Shown in pieces: positions 47,147 through 64,000 of a stretch of 64,000 bases of DNA (position 1 is its first letter; each line of letters opens with the position of its first letter). Both the position numbers and the translations under genes were made by a program. Source of the DNA: Amoebidium appalachense (lineage: Eukaryota; Protista; Ichthyosporea); assembly GCA_963693365.1 (NCBI GenBank), contig CAVNZM010000006.1, forward strand, positions 7,977,264 to 8,041,263, read 5' to 3'. Below the pieces are notes generated by a model, which was given only the letters and a program-made list of their open reading frames with translations, was not told the DNA's origin and searched no databases.

Positions 47147-47762
47147 GCCCCTCAAAAAGCAAAAACAAAACCAAAAAAAGAAACGAAAAAAAGAAACAAA
47201 CAGAAAAACCCACCTCATCTTTTGACGCACTCAACCCGCGATATCGACACCCCCGCCATTTTCTCCGCCAAATTCATTTCCGGCGGCGAGGGGGGAGAAG
47301 TAGCAGGGGAACTCCCCTCAATCCTATAAGGCACGCTCTCATCTCCACTATCAACCCCCCCCCCAACCACCAATATTTACCGCCGAAGAAACCCCGCCGC
47401 CCCCACCACCACCCATATCCAAAACGTTTCCACTACCGTTCTGAATTTGCGAACTCGAAAGAACCCCCCGTTGCCTCCCGTCGAGTTGAATCGCAGCTGC
47501 CCTTGCTGATCGGTCTGATTGGGCCATGGTGCCGTGCGATTTTCGCGAAATGTCTCTAGGACGTCGGCGCGCGCTTCCTGTTTTAGTAATCGGATCCGGG
47601 GATTCGCAGCAGCCGCAACCGCCGACGTAAGTGTAGCCTTGTATTGTTCCGGTTTCATCGAACGGCAGCTTGGGGGGCGGGAGTTTAGTTTTGGAGACAT
47701 GTATTCGGCATATAGGCGGGTGGCCGTGTGTTGGGGTATGTGACGAGAACCGCATGTTGCAA

Positions 47763-47825
<63 letters not shown>

Positions 47826-47973
47826 GCTTGTGTGTGTGGGCGGTGGGCGTTGCGCGGCGGGGGGGGGGGGGGGGGGAGGGGGGAGAAAGGAGGGGGGGGG
47901 GGTTGCGTGTGCGTGTGTGTATGGGTAGGTGGGTGGGTGTGGCGTCGGGGGGGGGGGGGGGGGGGGGGGGGGG

Positions 47974-48038
47974 GATGTATGCGTTAGCGGGTTGGAAATA
48001 TGGAGGAGACACCAAAGGACATACTACAAAACGTCACA
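47974..48038 (-). repeat. Short intronic repeat family B (copy 2)
   Basis: 38-bp identity to 16873-16910 plus the shared caaaacgtcaca. Confidence 0.8.
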
Positions 48039-48090
48039 CGAGGGGGGGGGGGGGGGGGGGAAGGGGGGGGCCGGGGCGTGGGGGTGGAGG

Positions 48091-48188
<98 letters not shown>

Positions 48189-48299
48189 GGGGAGGGGGGG
48201 GGGAGGTATATAAGTGTGTACGTGTACGGGTGTGTGTGTGTGCACTTGTGGGTGGGTGTGCCCTCGCGTGTGTGTGTACCTGTGTGTGTGTGTGTATGT

Positions 48300-48344
<45 letters not shown>

Positions 48345-48635
48345 GGCTGTGTTGTAGCGTCATGATGTGAACAGGTGGGCATGTTGTGCTCGTATAAAAG
48401 GGGTGGGTGGGTGAGCATCTTTTTTTTTTCTTTTTTTGTTTTTGGGGGGGGGGGGTGGGAGGGGTGGCATGGGAGGGGGGGGGGACGGGCGAAGGGGGGT
48501 GGGGGTGGGGGGGGGGGGGGGGGGGGGGGGGGAGAAGGGGAAGGGAGGGGGGGGGGGGGAGGGGGGGGGGGGGGGGGGGGTGAATGTAAGTGTGGGTGTG
48601 CACACACGTGTGTATGTATGTGGGCGACAGACGTC

Positions 48636-48719
<84 letters not shown>

Positions 48720-49389
48720 CGTGTGCACGTGCGTCTACTGTGATTGCGCTTGCGCAAGCGCATGCATGGTCCCCTGCAAGTACACCCATTGATTATGTGC
48801 ATGTGATTCTATGATTCTGTGAATATGTGATTGTGTGATTGTGCACCATAAGCAGGTATATGAATTGGCCCTCAAAATGGATGGGGTGGTTTGCAAGCTA
48901 ACAAACACTTGCAGACAGCAAAACACGAATGGAAGATGGTGCTAGTTACGGCCCCATGTATCCACATTTATTTTTCAGACGGTCGGCCTGAGAAACAAAA
49001 CGAGATACGATAGATGAAAATGAAGGATACAGACGGACGCCGCCCCGGAAGGGGGGAGAGGGGGGAGGGGGGAGGGGGGAGGGGAATGGCAACTTGTTTC
49101 AAAAGGTAATAATGTTGGTACAAACTCATCACAGCTCACCTACATGTCGTTACTAAACAGCACTTCCCTCCCCAAATGAGCACACGGATTGGGAAAGAGG
49201 AAAAGGGCGGGGGGAGGGGGGGGGGGGGAAGTGGGGGGAGGAGGAGGAGGAGGAGGAGGAGGGGGGGGGGGGGGGGGGGGGGGGGCACGGCGTGGGTGCG
49301 TGGGTGTGTGTGTGTGTGTGTGGTGGTGGTGGTGGTGGTGGTGGTGGTGGGGGGGGGGGGGGGGGGGGGGGGAAGAGATAAAAACGAAC

Positions 49390-52535
<3,146 letters not shown>

Positions 52536-54231
52536 ACCGACAGCAAGGAGTGAAATTTCCGGTTATTCGCTTTCCCCACCCCGTGTTTTTCCTCCTCTCC
52601 CTCCTTTTCTGTCTGTGTGTCTGCGGCCCCCAAGGGGATTATATCAACTTGGAGACTATATCAATCTAAACTAAGATAAATCCCTCCTTCTTCTGGAAAA
52701 GACAAGAGAGAAACGTGTTTTTCCCGTTTAAAACGGCGATCAATGCTGTGTTGTTTGAGGTGGTTGTGCTGAACTCAGGAATGTGTGTGTGTGAGTTATT
52801 AGTGTGGTGCAGGCAGTGTCATTGTCGCTATACTAGAGAAATTCATGTTTCCACACCTCCGAATTCCACTCTGTCGCCTTACCCCGTGTCCTCGGGCTCT
52901 GAGGGTTGCAAATCGTCTGCCTGTAAAAGACAGTGGGTAGATAACACTACCTACATAACTATCAAAAGAATCCGCGAAGAAGATAACCTTCACCGCGCTC
53001 GCTCCCTATTCAGCTGAGGTGCGGGGACAAGGAAAACCGCCCCAGTCCCAACAAAACTGATGTTCTCTCGGTCAGCAAAGACTCAGCAAACGACACAGCG
53101 GATGTCCGCCCGACCACAATCTCACTTAGATAAATGAGTGTGTGATGCTCTCTCGCCCTAATTTGATTGAAAATCAGTCACTGAGATGTTCCAGTAGATG
53201 GCCTTGTTTATGGCTTCTTTTTTGGAAATGTTTCTAACTCAAGTACTCAAGTGGTGAGCAAGTGAGAAAATTCACAGGGAAACCAATTGCAGAAAAGGAT
53301 TCACAGGAAGTCCAGCACGACCTGTAGATGTATTTAAGTTTGTGGCAGATAAACTTGTGAAACTTTTCTTTATATCACACTATAGTAATGTTCAGCTCGT
53401 CGTGAAGCACATCGACACGAACACTGTAACGTTTTCTCAATGTTTTTTTTGTTGAACAAAAGCTTTCCAAAGTTTCTGATCACGCAACGAGTTCCTCTGC
53501 AATCTGCTCACAGAACATGTAGAATCATTCTACGCTCCTCTTGCCATGATTCATGGCGCTGACTTTAAACATATAAATTATAACACAATCATTTTAACAT
53601 TTACATAGTACGACCTTATTTTATTAATCCAATCATATTGTCCATTGGCTCCGCCTCTTGAGTAAACCAATCAGGTGCACGCCACTAGAGGAGGGCAGCC
53701 TGAGCAGGTCACTCTTGCATGCGTTGAGTTCGGTACGTGCATGCGCGCGCTCATTCAATCGGGCCGTGCGTGCGCATACGTGCGTGCGCATGCGGGAGGG
53801 GAGAGGTGGGGACTCTATGGAGGTTTCTGTAGCCACCCTCTCGAGCTCTACTTTGTTTGTACGCCGGTTGTATGTATGTCGGGGCACTACACAATGCATG
53901 TATCGTGGCCAGTTGGAACAACAATGCCCAAATCGATCCTCCATCATCGACATGTCATTCAACACAACACACATGGGGTTCAATGTAGTGTGAGCGTGTA
54001 CGTATACGTATGCATATATGCGCATGACTTAAATATAAGTTTAAGTTGTGGCTTGCGCACACGTGTTAGGATCAGCAGCATCGGGTGTGTGCATGCATTT
54101 GTGCCCATGGCCACATCGCTCTTGTGAGGGGCCTCGGCCGTGGCAGTCGCTGTTTGTGTAAGAAACAATGGACGCACGGCCTAAACTAGGCTTTTATAAT
54201 TGCCTTTATCTCTTGATGGGCGGGTGGGTTG

Positions 54232-54294
<63 letters not shown>

Positions 54295-55242
54295 GGGGGA
54301 GGCGGGGAAGGGAGGGGAAAGGCCGGGAGGGGGGGAGGGGGGGGGCAGCTGCAGAGAAACTACTATTGAATAGTGGCTGGGAGGAGCTCAAGCTCGAGCT
54401 GCAATCGAGGGGGAGGGCTTTGAATACCGTATTTTATCGAAATCTCCGATTGCAATTGGTGATTGAGGGGGGAAGAGGGGGGGAGGGGGGAGGGGGGGGG
54501 GGGGAGGTAAGGCCGGGTGGGGTCGACCACCTGCGGGGTGGTGACTGGTGAGGTCCCCCCCCCCCCCCCCCCCCCCCCTTCCCCCCTGCCCTTCTTCCCC
54601 CCCCCCCCCCCCCCCCCCCCCCTCTGTCGGAGGGCCTCCACCCGAGGTTCCCCTCAACCATCATGATCAGACGAGCCACTTCTTATTAGTACTAGGTGGG
54701 TGGTGTCCGACAAGCTAAGCGCTGCCGGGGCCCAGTGGTCTGACGGTACCCGGGGCACCTCTGCTCCCCTCCCCCCCCCTCGGGCCCCCCATCCCCCCCC
54801 TCCCCCCTCCCCCCACCCCTCCCCTCTGTCCCCCCGCCCCTCTTACCTCTCCCCCCCCCCCCCCCCCCCCCCGGGGGCCCTCCCCTCTCCTCGCCTCTCC
54901 TCCCCCTCCCCCCCCCCCCCCCCCCCCCGAGCCCGCGCCCTCCCCCCCCCCCCCCCCCCCCCCCCCGGGAGCGCCCGCTTGGCAATCCCACCCACCGCAA
55001 CCTGCACCGCGATGGCAGCTCGGATGTGCACTGACCTCTCCCTCCTTTCCCCCCACCCACCTTGATACTTTTGCATTTGTTTCGATTAAGGCTTCCCAGT
55101 TCAAAGTTTTGGGGTTTGAAGTTCTTAAAGTTTTCGGCTTGATAGTATTGTATGTTATTGTGCCCACAGTGACTGTGTACGTGCGAGCATGGGTGCGTTG
55201 TCTCTGTGTTTATCTGTGTGTGTGTGTGTGTGTGTATGTTGT

Positions 55243-55280
<38 letters not shown>

Positions 55281-55427
55281 TGGTGCATATGTGTGTTCCT
55301 TTGTGCACCTCAGCACGCGTGTGCATGCGCGCGCGTGTGTGACGTGTCTGTGTGTGTCTCTCTCTCTCTCTGTGTGTGTGTATGCCACGGTGTGTGTGCA
55401 TGTGTGCCGGCGCTGTGCGTGCGCACA

Positions 55428-55497
<70 letters not shown>

Positions 55498-55598
55498 TGC
55501 GTGTGTGTGCTTGGGTATCTTTGTGTTTGCGTGTGTGCGTCTCCAGATCTGCCGTCTGCCACATGGTAATGACACACCCAAATCGACAGAATCAATGT

Positions 55599-56165
55599 TG
55601 CTCCGTCTAGAAGAATTCTGCTCTTCGAACACAGCATTATTCTGCAGAAGGCGGAATAAATCGCAGAAAGCGGAATTATTCTGCAAAGTCAGAATTATTC
55701 TCAGGCATAACACAGAAATATTCTGCAAAAGGAGAATTTTATTCTGCTAAAAGCAGAATTATTCTGCTCGGAGCAAGTTTATTCTGCTGCCGTGAACAGA
55801 ATAATTCTGCAGAAAAGCACAAAAATTCATGATTCTGCTCACCGTGAACAGAATAAATTCTGCAGAAAAGCACAAAAATTCATAATTCTGCGTGCTCAGA
55901 TCTAATATTCTAGTGGCAGATTTCCATCAATCTTTGAGGCTCTGCGATGCATGCAGAACAATTCTTCCAAGAATACAAATTTCTGCCTTTTGCATAATAA
56001 TTAGGCCACTTTTTGCACATCAATTCTTGAGGAAAGCACAACTTATTTATAACCCTGCTCAGAGCAGAACAATCATAGTGCATGCTGAATATTTCTTCTA
56101 CAGCGCAGATTACCTTCCAAGAGCAGAAGAATTCTGCTTTTTGCAGAATAATTCTGCTGAGCAAG
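55599..56165. mobile_element. Foldback/MITE-like element built from a quasi-palindromic GCAGAATWATTCTGC motif
   Basis: Many copies of agaattattctgc/gcagaataattct in both orientations, an internal tandem duplication (about 55790-55840 and 55842-55891), and loosely inverted ends. No clean TSD seen. Confidence 0.5.
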
Positions 56166-56494
56166 AAGCTAACCTGTCGATGAGGTTGGGCCCACTATAC
56201 TGATTATGGTGCCTGTCTGAACAGCGTCTTGCCAAGTTATGCTGCAAGAATGTGCGCGATCACCATATGAAGGAATGCACTTGTGTGGGGTACGTGTGTG
56301 CACGTGTGTGCGAGCCCGTGGCGGTGTGCCTGCGTGCGTGATGCGTGTTACCGTGATGGCGCGCTAAGTCAACACCGTGTAGTGCATAACCGGATATTTT
56401 ACTGTTGGTGCCAGTACGTACAGCTCGAATCGCAAACTTGAAGATTATTGCTGGCGCGTACACTTGGGCCCCTACCGGGGGGGGGTGGGTGGGT

Positions 56495-56527
<33 letters not shown>

Positions 56528-57251
56528 CTTGGGGGCTTTATGACACGGTTGTCGGCATAACTTGTTCATGTTGTTCATGTCTGCATCCATAATATTGATA
56601 AATAAACACCGAATAATGCTATCAAATCTACAAAAAATGATTCAGGATTTTCGACTTAATATGACCAATCAGATGACAATGCCGTTTAACAGAAAACTTA
56701 CCACACTCAACCCATGGAAAGGACCCCCCCCCCTCCCCCGGCAAAGCTTCCTACGAAACGTGTTGTGTGTGTGTGTGTTGTGCCTTTGTGTGTGCACGTG
56801 ACACAACAACAACATTAGTGCCTGATAACACCAATGACATCCCAAGCACAATCGATTAATAGTACAGTCGGAAAATATTCAAATTCACACTGAATCTAGT
56901 TGGGCAACAGTAGACGACAATCACCCCATTTCCACAACTTACCCATCGTATAAATCAACAATTCAAAATATAATACCTATGTACACACCCTCTCAAACTG
57001 CATTCTAGTTTCATAAACACGCACAAAAACTGTTCATACATATGCTTATTACTCAACAGGTTCACCTACGTGTGTGTTATCAAGACTCGAGTACCTACAA
57101 GTGTTTGGAGCCTGCATAGATTCCTTAGGACTCCTAAATCTTAAAATCAAAAACCCACCGTATGTGTACACGTGTGTGTGGATGTGGTAATGGGTGCTTT
57201 TGAGCCGGAGGGGGGGGGGGTGTTGAGGAAAAAGGGGTTTCCAAAACTCAT

Positions 57252-60200
57252 TCAGAAAAACATTCCACCACCATTATTAGACCCACTAGCCGCCTCACCA
57301 CCCGCCGTCTTAGGCGAAGGCGGGAGCCGACTCCGCGACACATACTCAACCCTCCTACGCAAATACGCCATTTTCCGTTCGGGAGTTTCCAAAATCTCCC
57401 ACTCCCACCAAGGAACAGAAGCGACTCTCCACCCCGATTCGTTCAATAGTCTCTGTTTTAAAAACGTCGACCCCATCATGTGTCGTTTGGTCCCCGTCGC
57501 CGCATATCGCACCGGCCCGTTCGCTTCAACTACAACCTGCAAATCGGGCAGGCATGCGTCGACACGGTAAAGCACGGGGGGGTACAATGTTGCTGTCGGC
57601 GAGTTTAAACCCCGCCTCGTGCAGAATTTCGCGAACTTCCAACTGGAAACCCGAAACGCGCGCCTCGCTCTGCGCGAAAAACTCCTCCCATTTTCCCGTC
57701 GCGCACGCCATGACGTTCGCCATCTCGGGAGTTTTCAAAAACTGTTCGGCGAATTCCGGAAATCGAAGGAAAAGCGCAGAACCTGCTAGGTGAAGCTGCA
57801 AAAGTGCCTGAAGATTCGAAGATTCATCCTCCTTGGACCCCCCCTCAGTGACGAGCAGCCCGCAGCCCGGTCGGGTGAGGTGTTTCTGCGCCGCCTCCCA
57901 TAGACCCCGGTGCGCGTCGAAATTTCCAGGAACGAGAATCGCCGCGGACCACAGCGCCCGACACAACGCGAGCTCCCTCGCAGCCTCCGGCGTCTGATTG
58001 GGGGGTCCCACATGCGAAATTTCAAGACCCGACAGCAGCGTACCGACCATAGACCCCGACGCGTCGCATATTTCGCCGTTTGTTCCGGCGTTGACCGTCG
58101 CCAACACGTGCAAGAGCTCCGACACCGCCACAGGGGAGAGGCTCGCCTTGTTATATTCGAACCACTCCGCCGCTATCTTAGGCATGTGGCCGGGAGCATA
58201 ACGCGCCTGCGCCAGCGCCGAAAAACAAACAATCGGCCGATGAAGACCGTACGAGTTTAGACCGAGCGTCTTTAGGAACGCCGACGCCAAACTTTCCAAC
58301 GATTCGATCGGGATCTTTTCGTCGTTTGCGAGATCCGACGCCGATTGGATGATTAGCGGCATGTCTGACGGGGGGATCTGCCCCCGAATCTTCTCCGCAT
58401 GGTTGATCATCGCCTTTATTGCGTTTTCGTCCGCCCCGCCGTTGTTAACGTACGCAGACAGCACATGCGCCAAGGAATTACAGTTTAACTCCCTAACCCG
58501 CGAGGGCATGGTACGGGAGATCAAATCCACCACCGTGCCGTTGATCCGCCCCATGCGATCCAAACCCTGCACGAATTTCACCAATTCGGAGGAAGTTAGG
58601 CTACCCTCCACCTCCCCCATACGCGAAACCAATGAATCGACCAAATTTCCATCGGCATCGGCGCCCAACACCGAGAGCGACGTGACCGTGTTTGCTACCT
58701 CCGAGGGCGTGAGAAAATGCACCAAACGCGGGATGCGATCAGTTAGCCCGCTGACGACATGTGCTGGTGGGGCGAGCTCGGGGGCCAAAGTACTTAGACG
58801 TGATGTTGAGGCCAAAAGGGAAATCGTAACTCTTGCATCGAACCCAGGCGTTAGCTTAGAAATGCGCTGGTACAAAGTGTCGATCACGGGCTTGTCGTTG
58901 GCGAGTGCTGATCCTGGAAAATCGGACATGCACCGCGTCTTTAGGATATCCGACGCCGAAAACCCGTCCATTTGGTCCGCGCACCGCGAAATTTCCTGGT
59001 TGAATGTGGACAAAACCTCGGGAGACATGGCCTCGAGTCTGGCCAGGTGCTTGTACATTGCACTCAGCTGCTGCGGGCTGAAATCCCCCCTACCCGCCAG
59101 CACCACCGCCCGTGTCGCAAATTGACCCAAAACATCGTTCGGCACGAATTTCCGCTCAAAACCCATGGCCAATTGGACCATCAGCTGGGGGTCCAACGAA
59201 TCAAAGTGCGGGGCACATGCCTTTGCGAGTTCGTACATTGACGATGCTTCGGTGTGTCCCAATTTCGACAATCCATATATGGAGAGCACCAAATCCCTCG
59301 CACGCATGTTCTCCGCGTCGGCCAAAACACGCCCCGCTAGAATTTTCACCAAACTTTCGTCCACATGGCCGAATTTCACGCATGTTTCCAGTAGAAATGC
59401 GGCCTTTCCGATGTCTGCCGTCGGGGCAAGTTCTGCTGCCCGTGCGAAAAGTGGGCTGAGGTGCTGGGGGGATTTAATCTGCCACTGTGCAAAAGCGCTC
59501 AAAATTCGACACACGTCCATGAACCCGGTGATTTCCTTGGCCTGAATCGCCAATTTTTCGGCGGCCGCGCTCTGAAATTCAAAGTCGTGCATACGCGCGT
59601 TCACCCATGAGCTGGCTAGGTACGCGACGTCGCGAACGTCCGATCGTTCCACCAAAGATGTCGCACGTTTCGCTACGGCTCTGCGGAGGGCGTAACTCTT
59701 GCAATACAAACCGGGAAACATGACGTAAATCAAAGTCGCAAGTTCCTGTGCGTTGAGTTTGGAGATATGAGGAACCATCTTCTCCCCAAGTTTGCTGGCA
59801 AAGTCCGGGTCGAGCGCTTTTTGGGCGATCAACAAACGTGTCCCGGAGACGAACGTGCGCGATTGATGGTTACGCAGCTTGGGAACGTACTTGTGCGCCT
59901 GCCCTGTCATCCACTCCTTTAAGGTGTCCGTCTCAGCGGGGTTTAAAGCACGCACCTTTCCCAGCTCCGTTAACCGTGTGCTTAGAGAAAGCACTTCGTC
60001 CCGTGTCAGCCCAACCTTTCCACTATGCTTCCTCAAATTCGCCTCATTCTCGCTCAAAGCTGCGCGGGGGTCCGTGGATGTGTGCGTGTGCGGTGCACTT
60101 GTAGAAGAGGAGCACTGCCTAAAGTGAACGGATGGAGCGAGGAATAACTTCCGAACACCGGCATGATTGTAGGGTGCAAGGAGCAAGGGGAACTGGGAAA

Positions 60201-60270
60201 GAGACCTTGGTGTGTGTGTGGGAAAGCGTTGTAATGCCGGGAGCACCCGGCGTGCCAAAAAAGTAGCCAT
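57252..60270 (-). CDS. Probable mitochondrial helical-repeat RNA-binding protein with C-terminal RAP domain (FASTK/OPR/HPR-like); +1 frameshift in a C7 run
   Basis: 914-aa ORF with an Arg-rich, acid-poor N-terminal presequence and about 37-aa helical repeats (e.g. FSPQQLSAM, LTPSEVANTVTSLSVLG). Deleting one base at 57576-57582 joins it to YRVDACL...VVVEANGPVRY...GSTFLKQRLLNESGWRVASVPWWEW, a textbook RAP domain. Confidence 0.88.
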
Positions 60271-60887
60271 GAGATGAAGTTACTCAATATAACATGCCAA
60301 TGTGTGGGTGTTTTCGAAGCGTAAAGGAGGAACGTCGTGTTCTCGGGCTCGCGCAAGGCAGGGGTGTTTCTAGGAGATGAAGGTGGGTTTATAAGCTACA
60401 TGTAAAAGTGCAGTGCATGAATCTTACGTAAGCTAAGAACCTAGCAAGTAGGCAGAGAAGGCATATGAAGAGCTCGAGAGAGAGGGAGCAGGCATCAACA
60501 AAACATCAGAACACTGTCTGAACAATGAACAGGAAAGTGAACTTGCCACACGTGTGACACATTAAAGATACTAATCTCTTTTGACCAATCAACACAAGGG
60601 TTTGGGCAAAGTGTTGGCCAGTAGCTGTTAATAAATAGCTACAAATGGGTAAAGTAAACAGATTTCATAATTTTGATTGGGTAAAGTTGCACCGACTATA
60701 CCCATAAAATGCATGACTAAAAACCAATAAAAGAGTGTTTGCCTAAGAATAGATCATTAAAGCACCACCGGTTCGAGTTTGGCCCGAATGTATACCGATT
60801 ACGTCACAGAAAGGTTTTGGCGGTTGGCGGCAAAATCATACACCCAAATGCCAAAGCCCAACAAAGAGAGAAAGGAGGTGTCAAAAT

Positions 60888-61724
60888 CAGGGATGTATCG
60901 GGCTGGGTCGACCCGAGAACCAACCCGGCCGGGTCGGCGTTACCCAACCCCGACCCGGGGCATTTTTGCTCAAACCCGGTCGGCTTTATGACCCGGCGGG
61001 TCAGACCCGTACCCAGCCCGACCGATGGCTCTGACCCGGTCAGTTCCCGCCGGGTCAGGGTAAAGCATGATATATTAACCATAATAAGTAGTAAATTTGG
61101 ATTGATAATTGGTTTTCAGGGATTGCACAGTGAACTAATAACAATACAGTATTTTAATCATGTCCATATATGGTAGTATAAACATTGCCGAGGCATAGTT
61201 AGCTACAGTAGTAGAGTACTGAGGCTAGGCTAGCGCTTTAATATAAAAAGAGAAAGAAAAAGAAAAAGAAAAAAGAGAGAGACAATCGTAACTGCTGTGC
61301 ACGTTACGTTGTGTTTGCTTTAGTCACGTGCACCACTACCCAGCTCTATATAATCAAGTAAGCCGGCCGCAAGCACACGAGCACTGTCTGTTCACATGTA
61401 GACACCATGCGTGGAAAAGCCACACACACACCGCGAGCACATGTGCACACACAGCACGCACGCACGCAAGCATATCACACACACCGTGACACGTGCACAA
61501 ACACACACACACACACACACACGAATACATGTACACACGTATATGGCCAGTCCGGGCGAGCACCCGTCGCATTTGGTAACCCGCGGGTCAACCCGATCAC
61601 AAGGGTCCAAGACCCAAGAACCAACCCGGTCCGGACCGAAAAAAAGACGACCCGGCCCGAGATCCACCCGGCCTTTTCCTAAACCCGCCCGAGACCCACC
61701 CGGCCAGTGACCGACACATCCCTG
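60888..61724. mobile_element. Non-autonomous hAT DNA transposon (MITE)
   Basis: TIRs CAGGGATGTATCGG ... CCGACACATCCCTG (13 of 14 match). Perfect 8-bp TSD GTCAAAAT at 60880-60887 and 61725-61732. Subterminal clusters of GACCCG/CGGGTC motifs at both ends. No transposase ORF. Confidence 0.92.
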
Positions 61725-62089
61725 GTCAAAATATAAAGGGACTCTAAAAGAAAACATGCACAAAACACGCACATTTAGGAGGACATGCGAGCTACAAAGG
61801 AGGCGAGCGAAAAAATATTATAGCAATCTAAGATTGTGTTAGTTAGGCTAATACAGAGCTTGATATACCACTCGTAATTAGTAGCTGTCGATCATGATTT
61901 ATTGACATTGTGGGAGATCTACAGATGTTCGGTAGACATTAACTTCTTGTCAAATAACGAAAAAACGTGTGTTATCAATTTATTATGAAAGTTTTCATTG
62001 ATATAGTGCAGCCATTGCCTTCCTCAAACACCTCTGCATTGTAACCAGCACACTAACAACCTAAGCTAAGCGCTAACAGCGGTTCACAC

Positions 62090-62359
62090 ATGTTCAGTTT
62101 CTTTCAACGTTTACTCACATCCACCACCCGCGATGAGCCCCCCAGAGAGCACGAAGGCGACAACATGAAAACGAGACATAAAACGACAGAGGAATCTGTG
62201 GGTACTTTTCGACCCATAGATGTGGAAAGGAGGGATTCGGAAAGGGAAGATGGGGAACATGGCCGAGCTGACACATCATTTCTGCGTGTGGACACGGGCA
62301 GATCGGCTTCGTCTGGTGAACATGGAAGAAGAGCGAGCTCGCCGTTGTTCATAAAGAAG
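62090..62359 (+). CDS. First exon of an unidentified gene continuing toward or beyond the right edge
   Basis: ATG-initiated 90-codon unique-sequence frame ([18 protein letters not shown]...SSPLFIKK) ending at AAG|gtgtgt into a microsatellite-rich intron, divergent from the RAP gene. Confidence 0.55.
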
Positions 62360-62452
62360 GTGTGTGTGTGCGTGTGCCTGTGTATGTGTGTGTATGTGTG
62401 TGTGCACACGTGCGAGTATGTGTGTGCGCCGGCAAGTGTGTATGTGTACGCT

Positions 62453-62493
<41 letters not shown>

Positions 62494-62623
62494 GGGGTAG
62501 GGCAGGGGGCCGGGGTGGAGGGGGGGGGGGGGGGAAGAGGTTGCGTACGTTGTGAGAAATGGATCACCATAAGGGAAGGTGGTGGTGGTGGTGGTGGTGG
62601 GAGAGGTGTGTGTGTGTGTGGGT

Positions 62624-62685
<62 letters not shown>

Positions 62686-62989
62686 GGTGGGTGGGTGTGT
62701 AGGGACGGGGGCGGAGGCTAGTTGGGAAGTGGGGAAGGAAGGGGGCACAAGATGGATGGTCGGTGGGGTAAAGGTGGGTGGGGGGGGAACACCAACACCC
62801 CTACACATACGCACACACACAAACACACACACCACACATGGACGTAGCAACACGGGCACATATGCATACACACATAACCACATTGAACGTGTATAGATAC
62901 ACCTGCAAGCCATGCCCAATGCACATCTGCAACCCCCCCCCCCCCCCCCCCCCCCCCCTCCCCCCCTCCTCCCCCCCCTCCCTCAACCG

Positions 62990-63020
<31 letters not shown>

Positions 63021-63340
63021 CCTCCCTGTGCGCCCACCTCTCATTGCCCAGCCTCACTGCTCTTTTTGCGTCTCCTCACACTTTGCAAGCTGCCTATCCC
63101 CCCCCCCCCCCCCAACCAAAAAATAAAAATAAATAAAAATAAATATAATGATAAAAAATGGACATGTACATACACGCGCAAACTGACGTCTATACACACC
63201 TTTACCAGACGCGTGCATGCACACACGCGCGAACGCACGCGCACACACACACACATTCACACACACACACACACTTACACTCACACACTCACACGAACAT
63301 ATGCTTAACTCACATACACACAGAAACACACGCGCTTCTG

Positions 63341-63373
<33 letters not shown>

Positions 63374-63601
63374 CACCCTCCCCCACTCCTCACACAGACA
63401 CGCGCGCGCGCACACACACACACACACAAAAAATAGCTACTATTTTTAGCCCGCGCTGATCAGTTGCCACCCTTAACCTGAAAATTTTTGCTTACAACAA
63501 CCCTTAACCTACCACCGCTTACAAGTTTAACTTACTGCAACTTATCCACCCCCCCCCCCCCCCCCCCCAACACACACACACACACAAACCACGCACACAC
63601 G

Positions 63602-63831
<230 letters not shown>

Positions 63832-63944
63832 TTGGTCAAACCTCCCATGCAGAACACCCATACCCACCACTGCTTCCCAGACGTCGCCTTGTTTCCTCCC
63901 CCCGACATCAAAAAACGAACATTCGGTTTGTGCCTGCGTTTCTT

Positions 63945-63979
<35 letters not shown>

Positions 63980-64000
63980 TCATCCCCCTCTCCCCCGTTC

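Noticed and set aside
47214-47763. Large downstream exon of the PX gene
   Set aside because: It looks coding, but the frame cannot be fixed without assuming two or three indels, so it was left out of the called CDS.
55599-56165. CRISPR-like array
   Set aside because: Irregular spacing, both orientations, no unique spacers, eukaryotic context and no cas genes.
58349-59545. Long plus-strand ORFs opposite the RAP gene, and minus-strand ORFs opposite 41293-42805
   Set aside because: They are antisense shadows of real coding sequence.
63468-63545. Telomere-like cccttaacct motifs
   Set aside because: Only two non-tandem copies.

Overview
Eukaryotic nuclear DNA in the standard genetic code (TAA, TAG and TGA all end genes here) with GT-AG spliceosomal introns. 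The introns are packed with poly-C/poly-G tracts and (CA)n/(TG)n microsatellites, so almost all of the supplied ORF track is repeat artefact. Reading splice sites by hand gives about nine protein genes: a secreted EGF/Cys-rich-repeat protein (-, runs off the left edge), an FCP1-like (NIF/HAD) phosphatase with a C-terminal CID-like domain (+), an ER FKBP isomerase (-), a Vps62-like protein (+) with a tRNA-Phe inside one intron, a secreted GH114 glycoside hydrolase (-), an intronless coiled-coil protein (+), a PX-domain protein (-), an intronless helical-repeat/RAP-domain protein (-), and the first exon of an unknown gene (+). Mobile DNA includes a non-autonomous hAT element with a perfect 8-bp TSD, a TTAA-flanked piggyBac-like element, a foldback-like repeat and an intronic interspersed repeat family. 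The most unusual signals are: an orphan VWA8-like exon with intact splice sites lying antisense in another gene's intron between 35-bp direct repeats; a structured intronic repeat family that is always sense to its host gene, ends in poly-C and carries degenerate hammerhead-like motifs; repeated duplication of exon ends with their 5' splice sites; and the FCP1+CID architecture. Several +1 frameshifts sit in G/C homopolymers and are probably long-read errors. All family assignments come from motif recognition by eye, not database searches.
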